A stretch of 64,000 nt of DNA from Malacoraja senta. Lineage: Eukaryota. This document shows, piece by piece, positions 52,148-63,919 of this stretch. Numbering within the stretch: position 1 is the stretch's first letter; each line of letters opens with the position of its first letter. The notes under the pieces were generated by a model. It had not been told where the DNA came from and searched no databases. It worked only from the letters and a program-made list of their open reading frames with translations. Location of the stretch: positions 374,001-438,000 of the forward strand of contig CM076001.1 in NCBI GenBank assembly GCA_038087875.1. Reading direction: 5' to 3'. The position numbers and the translations under genes are program-made.

Positions 52148-53052
52148 GGCAGGATGGTGCAGCGGTAAAGCTGCTGTCTTACAGTGCCAGGGACCCAGGT
52201 ACGATCCTGATTATGGGTGCTGTCTGTGTGGAGTTTGGAGGATCTCCCCGTGACCGCATGGGGTTTCGGTTTCCTCCCACAACCGAAAGACATCCAGGTT
52301 TGTAGGTTAATTGGCTTGGTGTAAATGTAAATTGTCCCTAGTGTGTGTAGGATAGTGTTAACGTGAGGGGACTGCTGATTGGTGCGGACTCGGTGGGCTG
52401 TAGGGTCTGTTTCCATGCTGTGTCTTTATACGGAACCAAACTAAGCAATAGTTCTTTAAAATAATTCAGCATTGCTTACTTATCATACATCAGCCTGGAT
52501 GGGGCACTGGAAAGAGCTTATAATTGAGAAAGTGATTCAACTGAATGGTTGCCTTGATCTAAATGAATGGCTGATCATTTTTAAGGAATAGAGTAGCCTG
52601 AATCTTGTTGCTTCAAGAGGAATGGGAAGATTGCAATTCTGATCTGCCAATGCCACATATAATATCCTCACCACCATCTCTTCAGAAGAACTAATTTCGA
52701 GCAGGTCGACAATGAACCAGGGGCACTGTTCTGTAGCTTTTAGTTTAGTTTAGTTTAGTCTAGAGACACAGTGTGGAAACAGGCCCTTCGGCCCACCGAG
52801 TCCGTGCAGAGCAGCAATCCCCGCACACCAACACTATCCTACACACATTGGGGATGATTTACAATTTTACCAAGCCAATTTACCTATAAACCTGTACATC
52901 TTTGGAGTGTGGGAGGAAACAGGAGCACCCGGAGAAAACCCATCAGGTCACAGGGAGAATGTTCAAACTCCGTATAGACAGCACCCGTAGTCAGGATCGA
53001 ACCCGGGTCTCTGGCGCTGTAAGGCAGCAACTCTACCGCTGTGCCACCGTGC
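52148..53052. mobile_element. Two SINEs, tail to tail (~52148-52445 on +, ~52740-53052 on -)
   Basis: Head, core and tail present in both. Confidence 0.85.
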
Positions 53053-53920
53053 CACACCAGTCCTGTGCAATTACACAAGAACATAAGAGGACTGGAGCAG
53101 GATAAGGCCACCTGCCACCTCAAGCCTGTCCCGTCTTTTAATATGATCATGGCTCAGCCTGTGCTGGATCCCCATATTGCTCAATTCTACAATCTTTTAA
53201 AAAATCTATCCACCTCACTTTAAATACTCCTGATAAGTTCGCCTCCACAATTCTTTAGGGATTGAGAATTATAGAGACACACTCTATGGTTTTAAACACC
53301 AGCCTGTTGTCTTGTAATTATCTTTTTAATTAGTTCAACTCATCAGCGAACCATCAGAGAAGTTTCCATTAATGTGGCACAAACAATTATCCTTTACTCT
53401 TTCTTTCCAAGACCTTTGACCCAGATCTTCCCTTCCTCCAAAAGAACCCTGGAAGCCAACCACCAACCAACCATTTGGCCGTCAACCCTTAGACGTGGCT
53501 TGGTGCAAAGTTAATAACACTTGTGAAATGCCTTGAAATATTTTGTAGCATTAAAAGGAATTAGAAAAACACACATTATTTTGATCTCGATAAGTTGTTG
53601 ATGGTTGTTTATTTTGAGGGGGCAGGGCCCCAGTCCTGCTCCAGTCCTCTTGCGTTCTTGTGTAACTACGCAGGACTGGGGCGTACAGAGACCTTTCACT
53701 GTCATTTTACAACATTTATTCTCATTAATTGCAATATTTTCAAGGGAATCGAGGGTTATGGGGAAAAAGGAGGAACACGCTACTGATTTTGGATAATCAG
53801 CCATGATCATATTAAATGGCGGTACTGGCTCAATGGGCCGAATGACCTACTGCTGCACCTATTTTCTATGTTTCTAATAACAAAAAGTTAAAGAGCTATC
53901 CAAGTCCAGTGAACACATAC

Positions 53921-53977
53921 CTTGGCTCTCATAGCTCGCTCTGCATCCAGCTCCTCTTCCAGTTCCTCAACCCGGAC
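53921..53977 (-). CDS. MYH16: Myosin heavy-chain rod exon (MYH16-like), 57 nt, VRVEELEEELDAERAMRAK
   Basis: Minus strand tttattgtacag|GTC...AAG|gtatgt, phase 0/0. Peptide matches the myosin RIEELEEELEAER motif; 'ERAMRAK' recalled from MYH16. Orthology is inferred. Confidence 0.88.
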
Positions 53978-54669
53978 CTGTACAATAAATTAGGACAGAG
54001 AAAGCCATTAGTGCATTCTGTACTGAAACTGGAGACACAGCAACATTTTCCAATATTTTTGCTGTGAATTCTGCCCCATTCTTCCCTCGCCTCCCAAAAC
54101 CATTAATATCCGTGATGGTTCCTAAGCAAACAGTCCAGCCACATCAGTATTTGTTGCAGTGTTTCTTGCAACACAGAACGACACAGGAGATCTTTTTTTC
54201 CAGTGGCGACCCCCTCCACCCCCCCCACCCCCCCCCCCAGGATAATTACAGTTCTAGTGTATCGTATTGTATTGTAAAGGAAATGAACCACATTGGAACT
54301 TTCTATTCAATTGTTGAGTCATAAGTTATTGGAAACTGGAAACTGGAGGGACAACTTAGCTTCTGAACAAATGGATGCAAATTAAGAGCAGAGTGGGCTT
54401 GAAGGGAACAGCAAAGTAAGCACAGAACTCTATAGTGAAATCATTAACAATGAAACAAAATAATTATTGATGGTATTACCTGTAAGTGAGATTTCACATG
54501 GATAATAAAATATGCCATCACTAGTATCACTACTGATATATGTTTAGAAGGCTCAGTAAACCAAGTTAAAATAACAGATCAACAAGAAAGTGAGCTGTTC
54601 AATCAAATGGAAAAGCTTACATAAAATAAACTCTTAATGACTATTCTTTCACTAATAATCTCTCATTAA

Positions 54670-54972
54670 GGGCGTCACGTTGCCGTAGCGGTAGAGCTTC
54701 TGCCTTACAGCACCAGAGACCCGGGTTCGATCCTGACTATGGGTGCTTGTCTGTACGGAGTTTGTACATTCTCCCCATTACCATGTGGGTTTCCTCCGAG
54801 ATCTTCGGTTTCCTCCCACACTCCAAAGATGTACAGGTTTGTAGGTTAATTGGCTTAGAATAAAAATAATGTAAAACTTGTCCTGGTGTGTATAGGAGAA
54901 GTGGGATCGCTGGTCGGTGCGGACTCAGTGGGCTGAAGGGCCTGTTTCCGTGCTGTATCTCTAAACTAAACA
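54670..54972 (+). mobile_element. HE1/V-SINE-like SINE
   Basis: Full-length head, core and tail. A degenerate copy also lies at ~57020-57200. Confidence 0.88.
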
Positions 54973-56656
54973 AAGCACTGTTCTAGAGTCACGTAGCACA
55001 GAAACAGGTCAACTGACCAAACCCGTCCATACTAATCAAAATGCCCACTTCTATCTCCTTCCCAAAATCCACAAACAGAACTGTCCTGGCAGACCCATGG
55101 TTTCTGTCAGGACACATGATAATAAACGACACTAAACTAAGAATTGACACCAACTACAATTTGATATCACCTTATTTCCCCAAACCACATCCAGCTATAT
55201 TCACTGTTCACCAGGCAAGAGTATATCATTCCATGCTGATCTTCCACAACAGGCTCACAAAGTTACTCAAAATAACCAACGCTGCAGATGAACCTCAGGG
55301 TGCAAACAGACTTGTTGTAATGTCCCTTTATGTTTGTGGTGACAGTTATAAAGTATTACAATATTGTCCCTGCTATCAGATGCCCCGTATCGTGCTGTCT
55401 GGTGCCAAGCAGTTATCTACTTTACTGCATGCATTGTAAACATGGTACACTCATGGAAGTGTAGTACAATGAGGAGGGTGCTTTACTACAGAAGAAAACA
55501 TATTTCCTGTATTGCTTGGGATAATGTGCGGAACTTGAATTAATATCTTCCTAGTATAATTAGCCAGTGCTTTGTTAAATTCAGAGTCACTGCTACATTC
55601 ACAGCAAGTGACAATGGGGAGCTAATAAATATCAGAAAAGGATGTACATCACACTCCGTTAACACGTTCTGAGCAGAATTAGCCAATTCAGCCCCTTGAA
55701 GCTTTTCCATTTTCAAGAATATCAAGGCTGACCTCAACTCCAAACTCCTACCTGTCTCTGATGACCTTTCACCCCCTAGTTCTGGCTTCCTCCACAGCGA
55801 GAATATATCTCCCTGTCAAAACCCCTCACGAGTCTGGGTTTCAATCAAGTCCAGGCTTATTCTTCTAAAATCCAAAGTCTCCAAGCATGGTCTGTCCTAC
55901 ATTTCCTCATAAGACCATCAGTCCAGTGAAACGTCTCTAAAAGCAATGCAGAAGCATAAAGAGACTGAATGGGTACCGTGCCCTCACTTCATGTATGGTT
56001 CAGGATTCACTGGCCCAGACTGAAACAGAGTTGCCAGAATCGCTCTGCCTCTACCTGGACTAGTCTTCCATATGGCCCCTCGTAACAACTATCTGCCACA
56101 AACTAATGCAGCAGATCAATATTCCACCTGACCAAAGAATGCAGATGTTGCTGCTTGCACTTATCGACGTATCTAAGATTTGAGGGGAAGGCATTGAAAA
56201 GAGCTTTAATAGGCATGAACCCAATTTTGCCTCAGTAATTTCAACTGTACAAAGAGAAGATACCATTTATTATGAATCAGGCAATAGTTAACACTAGAGA
56301 TGGTGGTGATTTGGCCCATCATCTTTCTGCTGGCATTTATTTCAAGTAATTCTATTCCATTAACTTTAATAGATGCTATCATTCAATGGCAAAGCATTCC
56401 ATGTTCCACAGTCCTTTTAAAAACACTTCTCATAATCCCTGGCCTCACCCTCTGTGTAGCATTAGATACAAATTTGTCTTGCATAAATATCCATGAGGAT
56501 TCAAGCTAATTCTGTGCTCCACACTCAATGAAAATTTTTTACACTATCATTTTAAAGAACTCAAATTAAATTACAGAATTAAATTCACTACAGCTTTCGT
56601 ACTGGCTTTACAACATTACATTTTGTCAACTAAACAAGCTCTCTGCAAATGCTTAC

Positions 56657-56694
56657 TTCCAAGTCCACAGCCGGGTCAAGAAAGTGAGAAACAT
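56657..56694 (-). CDS. Candidate 38-nt upstream micro-exon, (D)VSHFLDPAVDLE, not myosin-like
   Basis: gtgtttttaccttaaag|AT GTT...TTG GAA|gtaagc. Strong donor, and the phase-0 end fits exon 53977 (DLE-VRVEELEEEL). No homology support. Confidence 0.4.
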
Positions 56695-58283
56695 CTTTAA
56701 GGTAAAAACACTGAGCTTTCCAATTACTTAAAAAATATATAATTACATGTAAATGGTGGATTAACTTTGCAGTTTTTTGTATCAAGCTCAAAATATGAGC
56801 AACTGCTTCTTCAACAAAGCCTCCTGCTATTTGGACCAACCACAAACTATAACATCTAGTTTTGCAAAGATCATGCAATTCAAATTCAGAAATTGCAACA
56901 GAACTATCCAAAGAGCGGTGAACATTCACATTTTACCTCATTATCATTGGACAATGTGGTACATAATTTAAACTTTACATTTGCATGTGTGTGCACACAA
57001 AGTCACATGATGCACACATGAGATGTAGTAACAGCCTCGCAGCACCAGAGACCCCGGTTCTATTCCGACTACGGGTGGTCTCTGTGTGGAGTTTGTACGT
57101 TCTCCTTGTGACTACGTGACTTTTCTCCAGGCTCTCCAGATTTCTCCCAAGATATGCAGGTTTGTAGATTAAATGGCCAGTAAATAGCCCTAGGTCTTGT
57201 CCATCGTTGTAACTCTGGATTGCTGTACACAGACAGCTTTCCTGTCCCGCCTGTTGGCAACATTCCTTCACTTTAATACTAATGCTCAGGCATGAACACC
57301 TGCACTATGTGTCACAGTCTGCAATCAGTTCTGCCCCATCAAGTCAGCACAAATCATCCACTGCAAATTGGTTCATCGATTGCCAGCCAGCCGGCGAGGC
57401 AGAGGAGACACTGTACTTAGCTGCTTGTGGTGGAATGTAAATTGCACAGAATCCCCCCTCACATTCTCCACTCTCAGTGAAGAAATAATGCATTCTAGAG
57501 TAAAGATGACTTCTTTCCTGAATATAAAGGTGAATGGATAGTGAACTCTGGCAACTCAAAATGTTACAGCCTTTACTTCTGTACTACATTTGAAGCAGCA
57601 AAGGTTTCCAAACTCCACATTGTGGACAGTATGAAACAGATACTGTGCGATACACATGAGGCATTGGAACACATAATTGAAATGCACTTTTAAAGATTGC
57701 CAGCATTGTGTACAGGCTTGGTCTCCTCAACTGAGGAAGGATGTATATGGAGGGAAAGATTGCCATAAGGAAAGGGCAGAAAGGTGGAATGGAAAGACGA
57801 TAAGATAACATGCTTACACACAAAGGGTGGTGTGTGAATGGAACAAGCTGCCAGAGGAGGTAGTTGAGGCCGGGACTATCCTAACGTTTAAGAAACAGTT
57901 AGACAGGTTTGGAGGGATATGGGCCAAACGTGGGCAGGTGGGACACGTGTTGCTGGGACGTGTTAGCTGGTGTGGGCAAGTTCGGCCGAAGGGCCTGTTT
58001 CCACGCTGTATCACTCTATGACTCCATAACAATGTGGACAACTGAAAACAAATCCGGAGGACCAGGTGGGAAGATAATTGAGGGAACAGGTAAAAGCTGC
58101 AAGCCATTCAGACCCTCATCCCCACTCTGCCATTCGGTAAGATCATGGCTGATCTTTTCCCTCAGTTCCCTGCGCAAACCCTGTGTCCAACAATTCCCTT
58201 AATGTCTCATTGCTCCCTTTCTGGAATAAGTACCCATGTTTCAACAGGCACTGTGATAATGGATTTCAGTTACAGCAGACAGA

Positions 58284-58808
58284 GTTGCCGATGCCACCCC
58301 AGCTCGCAAGGTGCGTCGGCGAACCCTTCTTCACCCGCCGCACAGTGCATGGACATGGCTGTTATGGCGGCTCACGTTGCCGCCCCTGGGGACAAACCCA
58401 CTCTTCAGGCCACCATGGGGCTCCCTCCCCTTTCTCCAGCTACCGCTTCTTTCTGTTGGCCATCGCTTTGTCCACTCAGCCTCTACCCCCCCCCCCATCC
58501 ATCGGCTCCTCCTCCTCCTTCTCCCATCACTTTGTCCGTTCCCTGCTCTGTCCTCCACCTTCTCCCATGACTGTCCACTCAGCCTCTCCCCCTCCTCCTC
58601 CCCCAGAGTAGCTGACACCTTGGAAAATGTCGGTGACTGAGGGGAAGGAGGGGGAGGAGGTGGTGGGGGAGCAGACAGAGCGATGATCGAACACATCCCG
58701 TTGGTCTGAAGATAGCACGCCAGTCGGGGACTACAACGTGAGCCGCAACAACAGCCGCGTCAACCGGTGAAGACGGGCTCACTGGTGCAGACCACTGGCA
58801 TCGGCACT
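58284..58808. repeat. Degenerate fold-back (inverted-repeat) element, ~520 bp
   Basis: TGCCGATGCCA/TGGCATCGGCA, CTTCACC/GGTGAAG and GCGGCTCACGTTG/CAACGTGAGCCGC are nested symmetrically; C-rich left arm, G-rich right arm. Confidence 0.7.
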
Positions 58809-59621
58809 GAGTTTTAAGTTGAAACTGGAGTAACTCAGCAACTGAATCAGTCTGAAGATGGGTCTCGACGTCACCTATTCATGTTCTCCAGACATGCTGC
58901 TCAACCTGCCTAGTTACTCCACACTTTGTGTCCTTTTGTGTATTAACCGGCATCTGCAGTTCTTTGTTTCAACGACATACAATGATGATACCCTACTCGG
59001 TTATAGTGGACAATCAGCAATAACTGACACCAGTCACCCCCCTATAGTCCGTTACAACAATGGTTTACTGTATACCAATGAAAAAAAAAAGTGTAAATGT
59101 GCTTTCATAGAGAAATCAAAGAATTCACCTGCTAAATTTCCTCTCATCTCTATCTTCAACAGCTGACCTTATTTTAAGACTGCGCTGCCTAGTTCTAAAT
59201 ATCTCATCCAGGCAGGCACGTGCCGTCAGGGTAGGCAAGATAGGCACTGCCTACCCTGACTAAAATTATAAAATGGTAATTATTAAATATAAATAGTAAA
59301 GGCATTGGAGAATTATGCCTATATAAGAGATCGATCTCTTAGGTAGGCATAATTCTCCGTGCCTTTCATCCGCAGTACTTGCAACACGTGAAAGTCTGTG
59401 CAGCCCGTGTGCCGTCGGCGCAGCTTCAAGCCGTCAATGACAGGGAGAGCTGAAGGCAGCTGAAATTCGCAAGTTTCTTGGCGGGTTTTTCAAACATGGA
59501 TTGCCATTATCTTAAGAGTATCTTAGGAAACAAAGAGAGAAGAATGGAGTTCGTGTACCGATAATGTGGTAAGTTCATTTCTTGGTGCTACATGTTTTTA
59601 AATACCGTATTTCCCGTGGTG

Positions 59622-60297
59622 GGGGGGGGGAGAGTTCCTTTCATAGCGTGTGGGGAGTGGCCCAGGGTAAAGTTGAGTGGAGGGCAGGAGTGTTGAGAAG
59701 GAGAGGGTCGAGGATCATGCCAGTAACCCACTTGCACCGCATTGTGGCCAGGGGGAGAAGTAGCTCGGGTGGCTGCGAGTGGCCGCCGGGACCGGACAGC
59801 CCCTTCTGCCGGCCCACGCTCACCTCTGGCAGTGCTCTCCATCTGAAAACCTCTCTCCTGCCGCTCGCCATCCTCGCTCATGTCAGCCGCTTCCCGCAAA
59901 TCCTTAAATTCCGACAGCGCGTTCAAGGGATTAATTGAGGTTACTCGGCTGTGGGAATTTAAGGATTTGCGGGAAGCGGCTGACATGAGCGAAGCTGGTG
60001 AGCGGCAGGTGAGAGATGTTCAGACGGAGAGCACTGCCAGAGGTGAGCGGGCTGGCAGAAGGCGCTGAAGTGGCGGCCAGATCCGCTGTCGGGTCCCGCC
60101 GGCCACTCACAGCCACCCGAGCTGTTTCCCTCCCCGGCCGCAATGTGGTGGCTCCGCGCCCAGAGCGCCGCGACAGCGGTGAGTGAGTGGGTTACTGGCA
60201 TGATCCCCGATCCCTTCCTTCTCAACGGTCCTACCCTCCCCGCAACTTTACCCCTGGCACAGACTCCCCACACGCTGTGAAAGGAACTCTCCCCCCA
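59622..60297. repeat. Long imperfect palindrome (~680 bp) inside the hAT element
   Basis: Core CTCATGTCAGCCGCTTCCCGCAAATCCTTAAATTCC pairs with its reverse complement around a centre near 59932. Arms extend to GAGAGTTCCTTTCA / TGAAAGGAACTCTC. Confidence 0.92.
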
Positions 60298-60327
60298 ATT
60301 GGTCCCTTGAATTAGTATTAGTATAAA

Positions 60328-60368
60328 CTCATTCATTCATTCATTCATTCATTCATTCATTCATTCAT
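60328..60368. repeat. (ATTC)n microsatellite
   Basis: Read directly. Confidence 0.95.
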
Positions 60369-61519
60369 TATTGTCATTCAATAAGATCACAACTGATTTA
60401 ACTTGTCCCGGTGTGCTCCTGTTTTTCCAACCATCTATCCACCTGCCGTCACCCTCCATCCCCCACCCCCCACCAATTTAGTAATTCAAAATGAAGGAGA
60501 TTTGGAAGCCTTGGGGAAATTGAATTGTTTCTTTCTTTATTTTTATTTTTTATTTTTACGGAGAGGAGAACAATCTGCGCATGCGCGGTTTAAGATTTGG
60601 TTTTAAAGCCGACTGACTGCCTACCCCGAGTAATTACTCACGGCACGTGCCTGCATCCAGGGGACTCATCAATTTATGTTTGCCACAGAACCCCAAAAAT
60701 CTTGTAATTTCAATCAGATCACAATCAGTAATATTTAATCAGGAGGACACTAGAACTAGCCAGAGAACTAGAGTCAAGAGTGTTTTATTTCAAATGTCCC
60801 AGATAGAACAATGAAATACTTACTGGCAGCACACAACAGTACATGTAAACATAGTAGACTGTATACAATGAACAAAAAAGTTCAGTGTGTTTGTATACAT
60901 ATACACACATATATACACATAAATATGAATGAGTGATTGATGCCCAGTGTGGGTTGAAGGGGTTGATATAATTCTCTGGGTCTCTAAAATATTTGTTTAA
61001 TTTCTCTAACATTTCCTAACTCCCCAATTTAATTTCTTCTGCCTGTGCCTGTTAAGGGACTTACATTAATCTTCACTCATTGTTTCCTTCTCACTTGAAT
61101 ATAAAGGCACTTAATTCGACTTTTATGTTTCTAGCTGGACGATATCCCTGCTTTAATTCCTCTTTCTTTACCAATGCCTAGGTCCATTGTTGGTGGTTTC
61201 TGAAATATTCCTATTCTGTAGGATTACTACTTTTCTTTAAGCATATTTTTCTTTGATTTAATATTTTCTTCAATGCTTCATTATTGCTATGGGTGACCAC
61301 TTTTCCAGTTAGGGTTTCTTGTCTGAAAGGGCAAACTATCATTTGTCGATTTTCCAGAGTGACTCAGTTGAACCTAGAAATGATATAACCAATTTCTACT
61401 TTTGATTTTTTTTTTTAAAGTGTTTTTCAGTCTACTTATGTTGAGAAAAGATGTTGCCAGGCTGAATTCCTAAATTGTGACATTTGTTGTCAATGCACAT
61501 TTTGAACATGCATAACCAA

Positions 61520-63188
61520 ATGTTGATGGGAATAGACAAATTGGGAGTATAAAGATGGAGTTAAAGGGGAGGTGAGTACAGGAAAAATTACAAAAGACTC
61601 CCGAATTAATGGGAAGGAAGGTTCAAGAAGGGATAAGAGAGTAAGGTCAGGGCCAATAGTGAGAGGGGAGGTGAATACGGAAGTTAAAGTGTTGTATATG
61701 AATGCACAAAGTATAAGAAATAAAGTGGATGAGCTTGAGGCTCAGTTAGAAATTGGCAAGTTTGATGTTATGGGAATTACAGAGACATGGCTGCAAGAGG
61801 ACCAGGGCTGGGAACTGAATATTCAAGAGTATACGTCCTATCAAAAAGACAGACAAGTGGGCAGAGGGTATGGATAGAACTGAGGAATTGTAAGGGTAAA
61901 AAGACCCTAATGGGAGTTATCTACAGGCTCCCAAACAATAGCCTGGATATAAGGTGCAAGTTGAATCAAGAATTAAAATTGGCATGTAGCAAAGATAATG
62001 CTACGGTGGTTATGCGAGATTGCAACATGCGGTAGACTGGGAAAATCAGTTTGGTACTGGACCTCAAGAAAGGGAGTTTGTGGAGTGCCTCCGTGATGGA
62101 TTCTTAGAGCAACTTGTACTGGAGCCTACCAGGGAGAAGGCAATTCTGGATTTAGTGTTGGGTAACACTAAGGGAACTCAAGGTAAAGGAGCTATTAGGA
62201 GGTAGTGACCATAATATGATAAGTTTTAATCTACAATTTGAGAGGGAGAAGGGGAAATTGGAAGTGTCAGTATTACAGTTGAGCAAAGGGGACTATGGAG
62301 GCATGATGGAGGAGCTGGCCAAAGTTGACTGGAAAGCTACCCTAGCAGGGATGACAGTGGAACAACAATGGCAGGTATTTCTGGGAACAATACAGAAGGT
62401 GCAGGATTAGTTCATTCCATAGAGGAAGAGAGATTCCAAAGGGAGTAAAGGCGACCGTGGCTGACAAGGGAAGTCAAGGACAGTATAAAAATAAAAGAGA
62501 AGTATAACATAGCAAAGATGAGCGGTAAGCCAGACGATTGGGAAACTTTTAAAAAGCAACAGGCGATAACAAAAAAGGCAATACGGTGAGAAAAGATGAG
62601 GTATGAAGGTAAGTTAGCCGAGAACATAAAGGAGGATAGTAAAATCTTCTTCAGGTATGCGAAGAGGAAAAATTAGTTAAGGCAAATGTGGGTCCCTTGA
62701 AGACAGAAATAGATGAATTTATTATGGGGAACAAGGAAGTGGCAGAGGAGTTGAACAGGTTCTTTGGATCAGTCTTCACTAAGGAAGACACAAACAATCT
62801 CCCAGATGTACTAGTGGCCAGAGGACCAAGTGTGACGGAGGAACTGAAGGAAATTCACATTAGGCAGGAAATGGTGTTGGGTAAACTGATGGGACTGAAG
62901 GCTGATAAATCCCCAGGGCCTGATGGTCTGCATCCCAGGGTACTTATGGAGGTGGCTCTAGAAATCGTGGATGCATCCGTGATCATTTTCCAATGTTCTA
63001 TAGATTCAGGATCAGTTCCTGTGGATTGGAGGATAGCTAATGTTATCCCACTTTTTAAGAAAGGAGGATGGGAGAAAAAACAGGGAATTATAAACCAGTC
63101 AGCCTGACATCGGTGGTGGGGAAGATGCTGGAGTCAATTATAAAAGATGAAATAGCGGCACATTTGGATAGCAGTAACAGTATCGGTC
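61520..63188 (+). mobile_element. CR1 LINE ORF2 5' part (APE endonuclease to start of RT), degenerate
   Basis: LYMNAQSIRNK, ITETWL, LDLVL, SDHN and KSPGPDGLHPRVL motifs. Confidence 0.92.
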
Positions 63189-63189
63189 C

Positions 63190-63650
63190 TGGACCCAGCA
63201 CACTGATGCAATCATGAACAAAGTCCACCAATAGAAGATTGAGGAGATTAAGTATGTCAACAAATACTCTCTTGAACTTTTACAGGTGTAGAGTAGAGAG
63301 CATATCGACTGGTTGCATCACAACTCGAACGCCCAGGAACAAAGAAGATTGCAAAAGGTGGCAAATTCTGCCCGGTCCATCAAGGGTTCTGACCTCCCTA
63401 TCGAATGGATCTACAATAGTCGCTGCCGCAAGAAGGCAGCCAGCATCATCAGAGACCCACACCACCCTGGCCACACTCTCACTTCACTCCTATCATTGGT
63501 ATAGGAGCCTGCAAAATGTAAATGTGTGTGTGTGTGTGCACATAAATAAATCGTTATAAATAAATCGTTATAAATAAATAGATATATATATAAATATATG
63601 TTTCCTTGTTCCATTTTGGGACATATGACAATAAAACTCACTTGACTCTT
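63190..63650 (+). mobile_element. Rex1/Babar-like 3' fragment
   Basis: NFYRCRVESISTGCI and RCRKKAASIIRDPHHPGH; tail ATAAAACTCACTTGACTCTTGA. Confidence 0.75.
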
Positions 63651-63867
63651 GAAGTGAAGTGTCTTACTGTTTAATAAGTCACTGCGGTAACATTTGCAGG
63701 CAAGGTTCTGACATTAAGTGGTCTGCTGCAGGAATCCTGGAGCAATTCTCTACAAAATGAGACCCAGAAGGCAGACGTGGGCACATGGCCAGGAACAATG
63801 AGAGGAGTAAAGGCAAAGCGTTAGAATCAAAAGCTGAAAGAGACAGCGGCACTGCATGAAATACTAC

Positions 63868-63919
63868 CTTTGTGGGAGACTAATTCACTGGCAGTCGGTT
63901 TGCGGTTAAAACAAAGCGT
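63868..63919 (-). CDS. Candidate 52-nt upstream micro-exon, TLCFNRKPTASELVSHK, not myosin-like
   Basis: ttcagtccctttatag|ACG...AAA G|gtagta. Open frame whose phase-1 end matches the 38-nt candidate (G|AT = Asp). Donor is only moderate. Confidence 0.25.

Larger units (their letters stand above)
59213..60653. mobile_element. Non-autonomous hAT element, 1441 bp, same family as 14200-14700
   Basis: Perfect TIR CAGGCACGTGCCGT; 8-bp TSD CATCCAGG at 59205-59212 and 60654-60661. The first ~250 bp and last ~80 bp align with the 14200 copy. Confidence 0.92.

Noticed and set aside
31092..53920. Intronic myomiR (miR-499/208/736 type)
   Set aside because: I saw no match to the recalled mature sequences. 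This was an eye scan only; an Infernal search would settle it.
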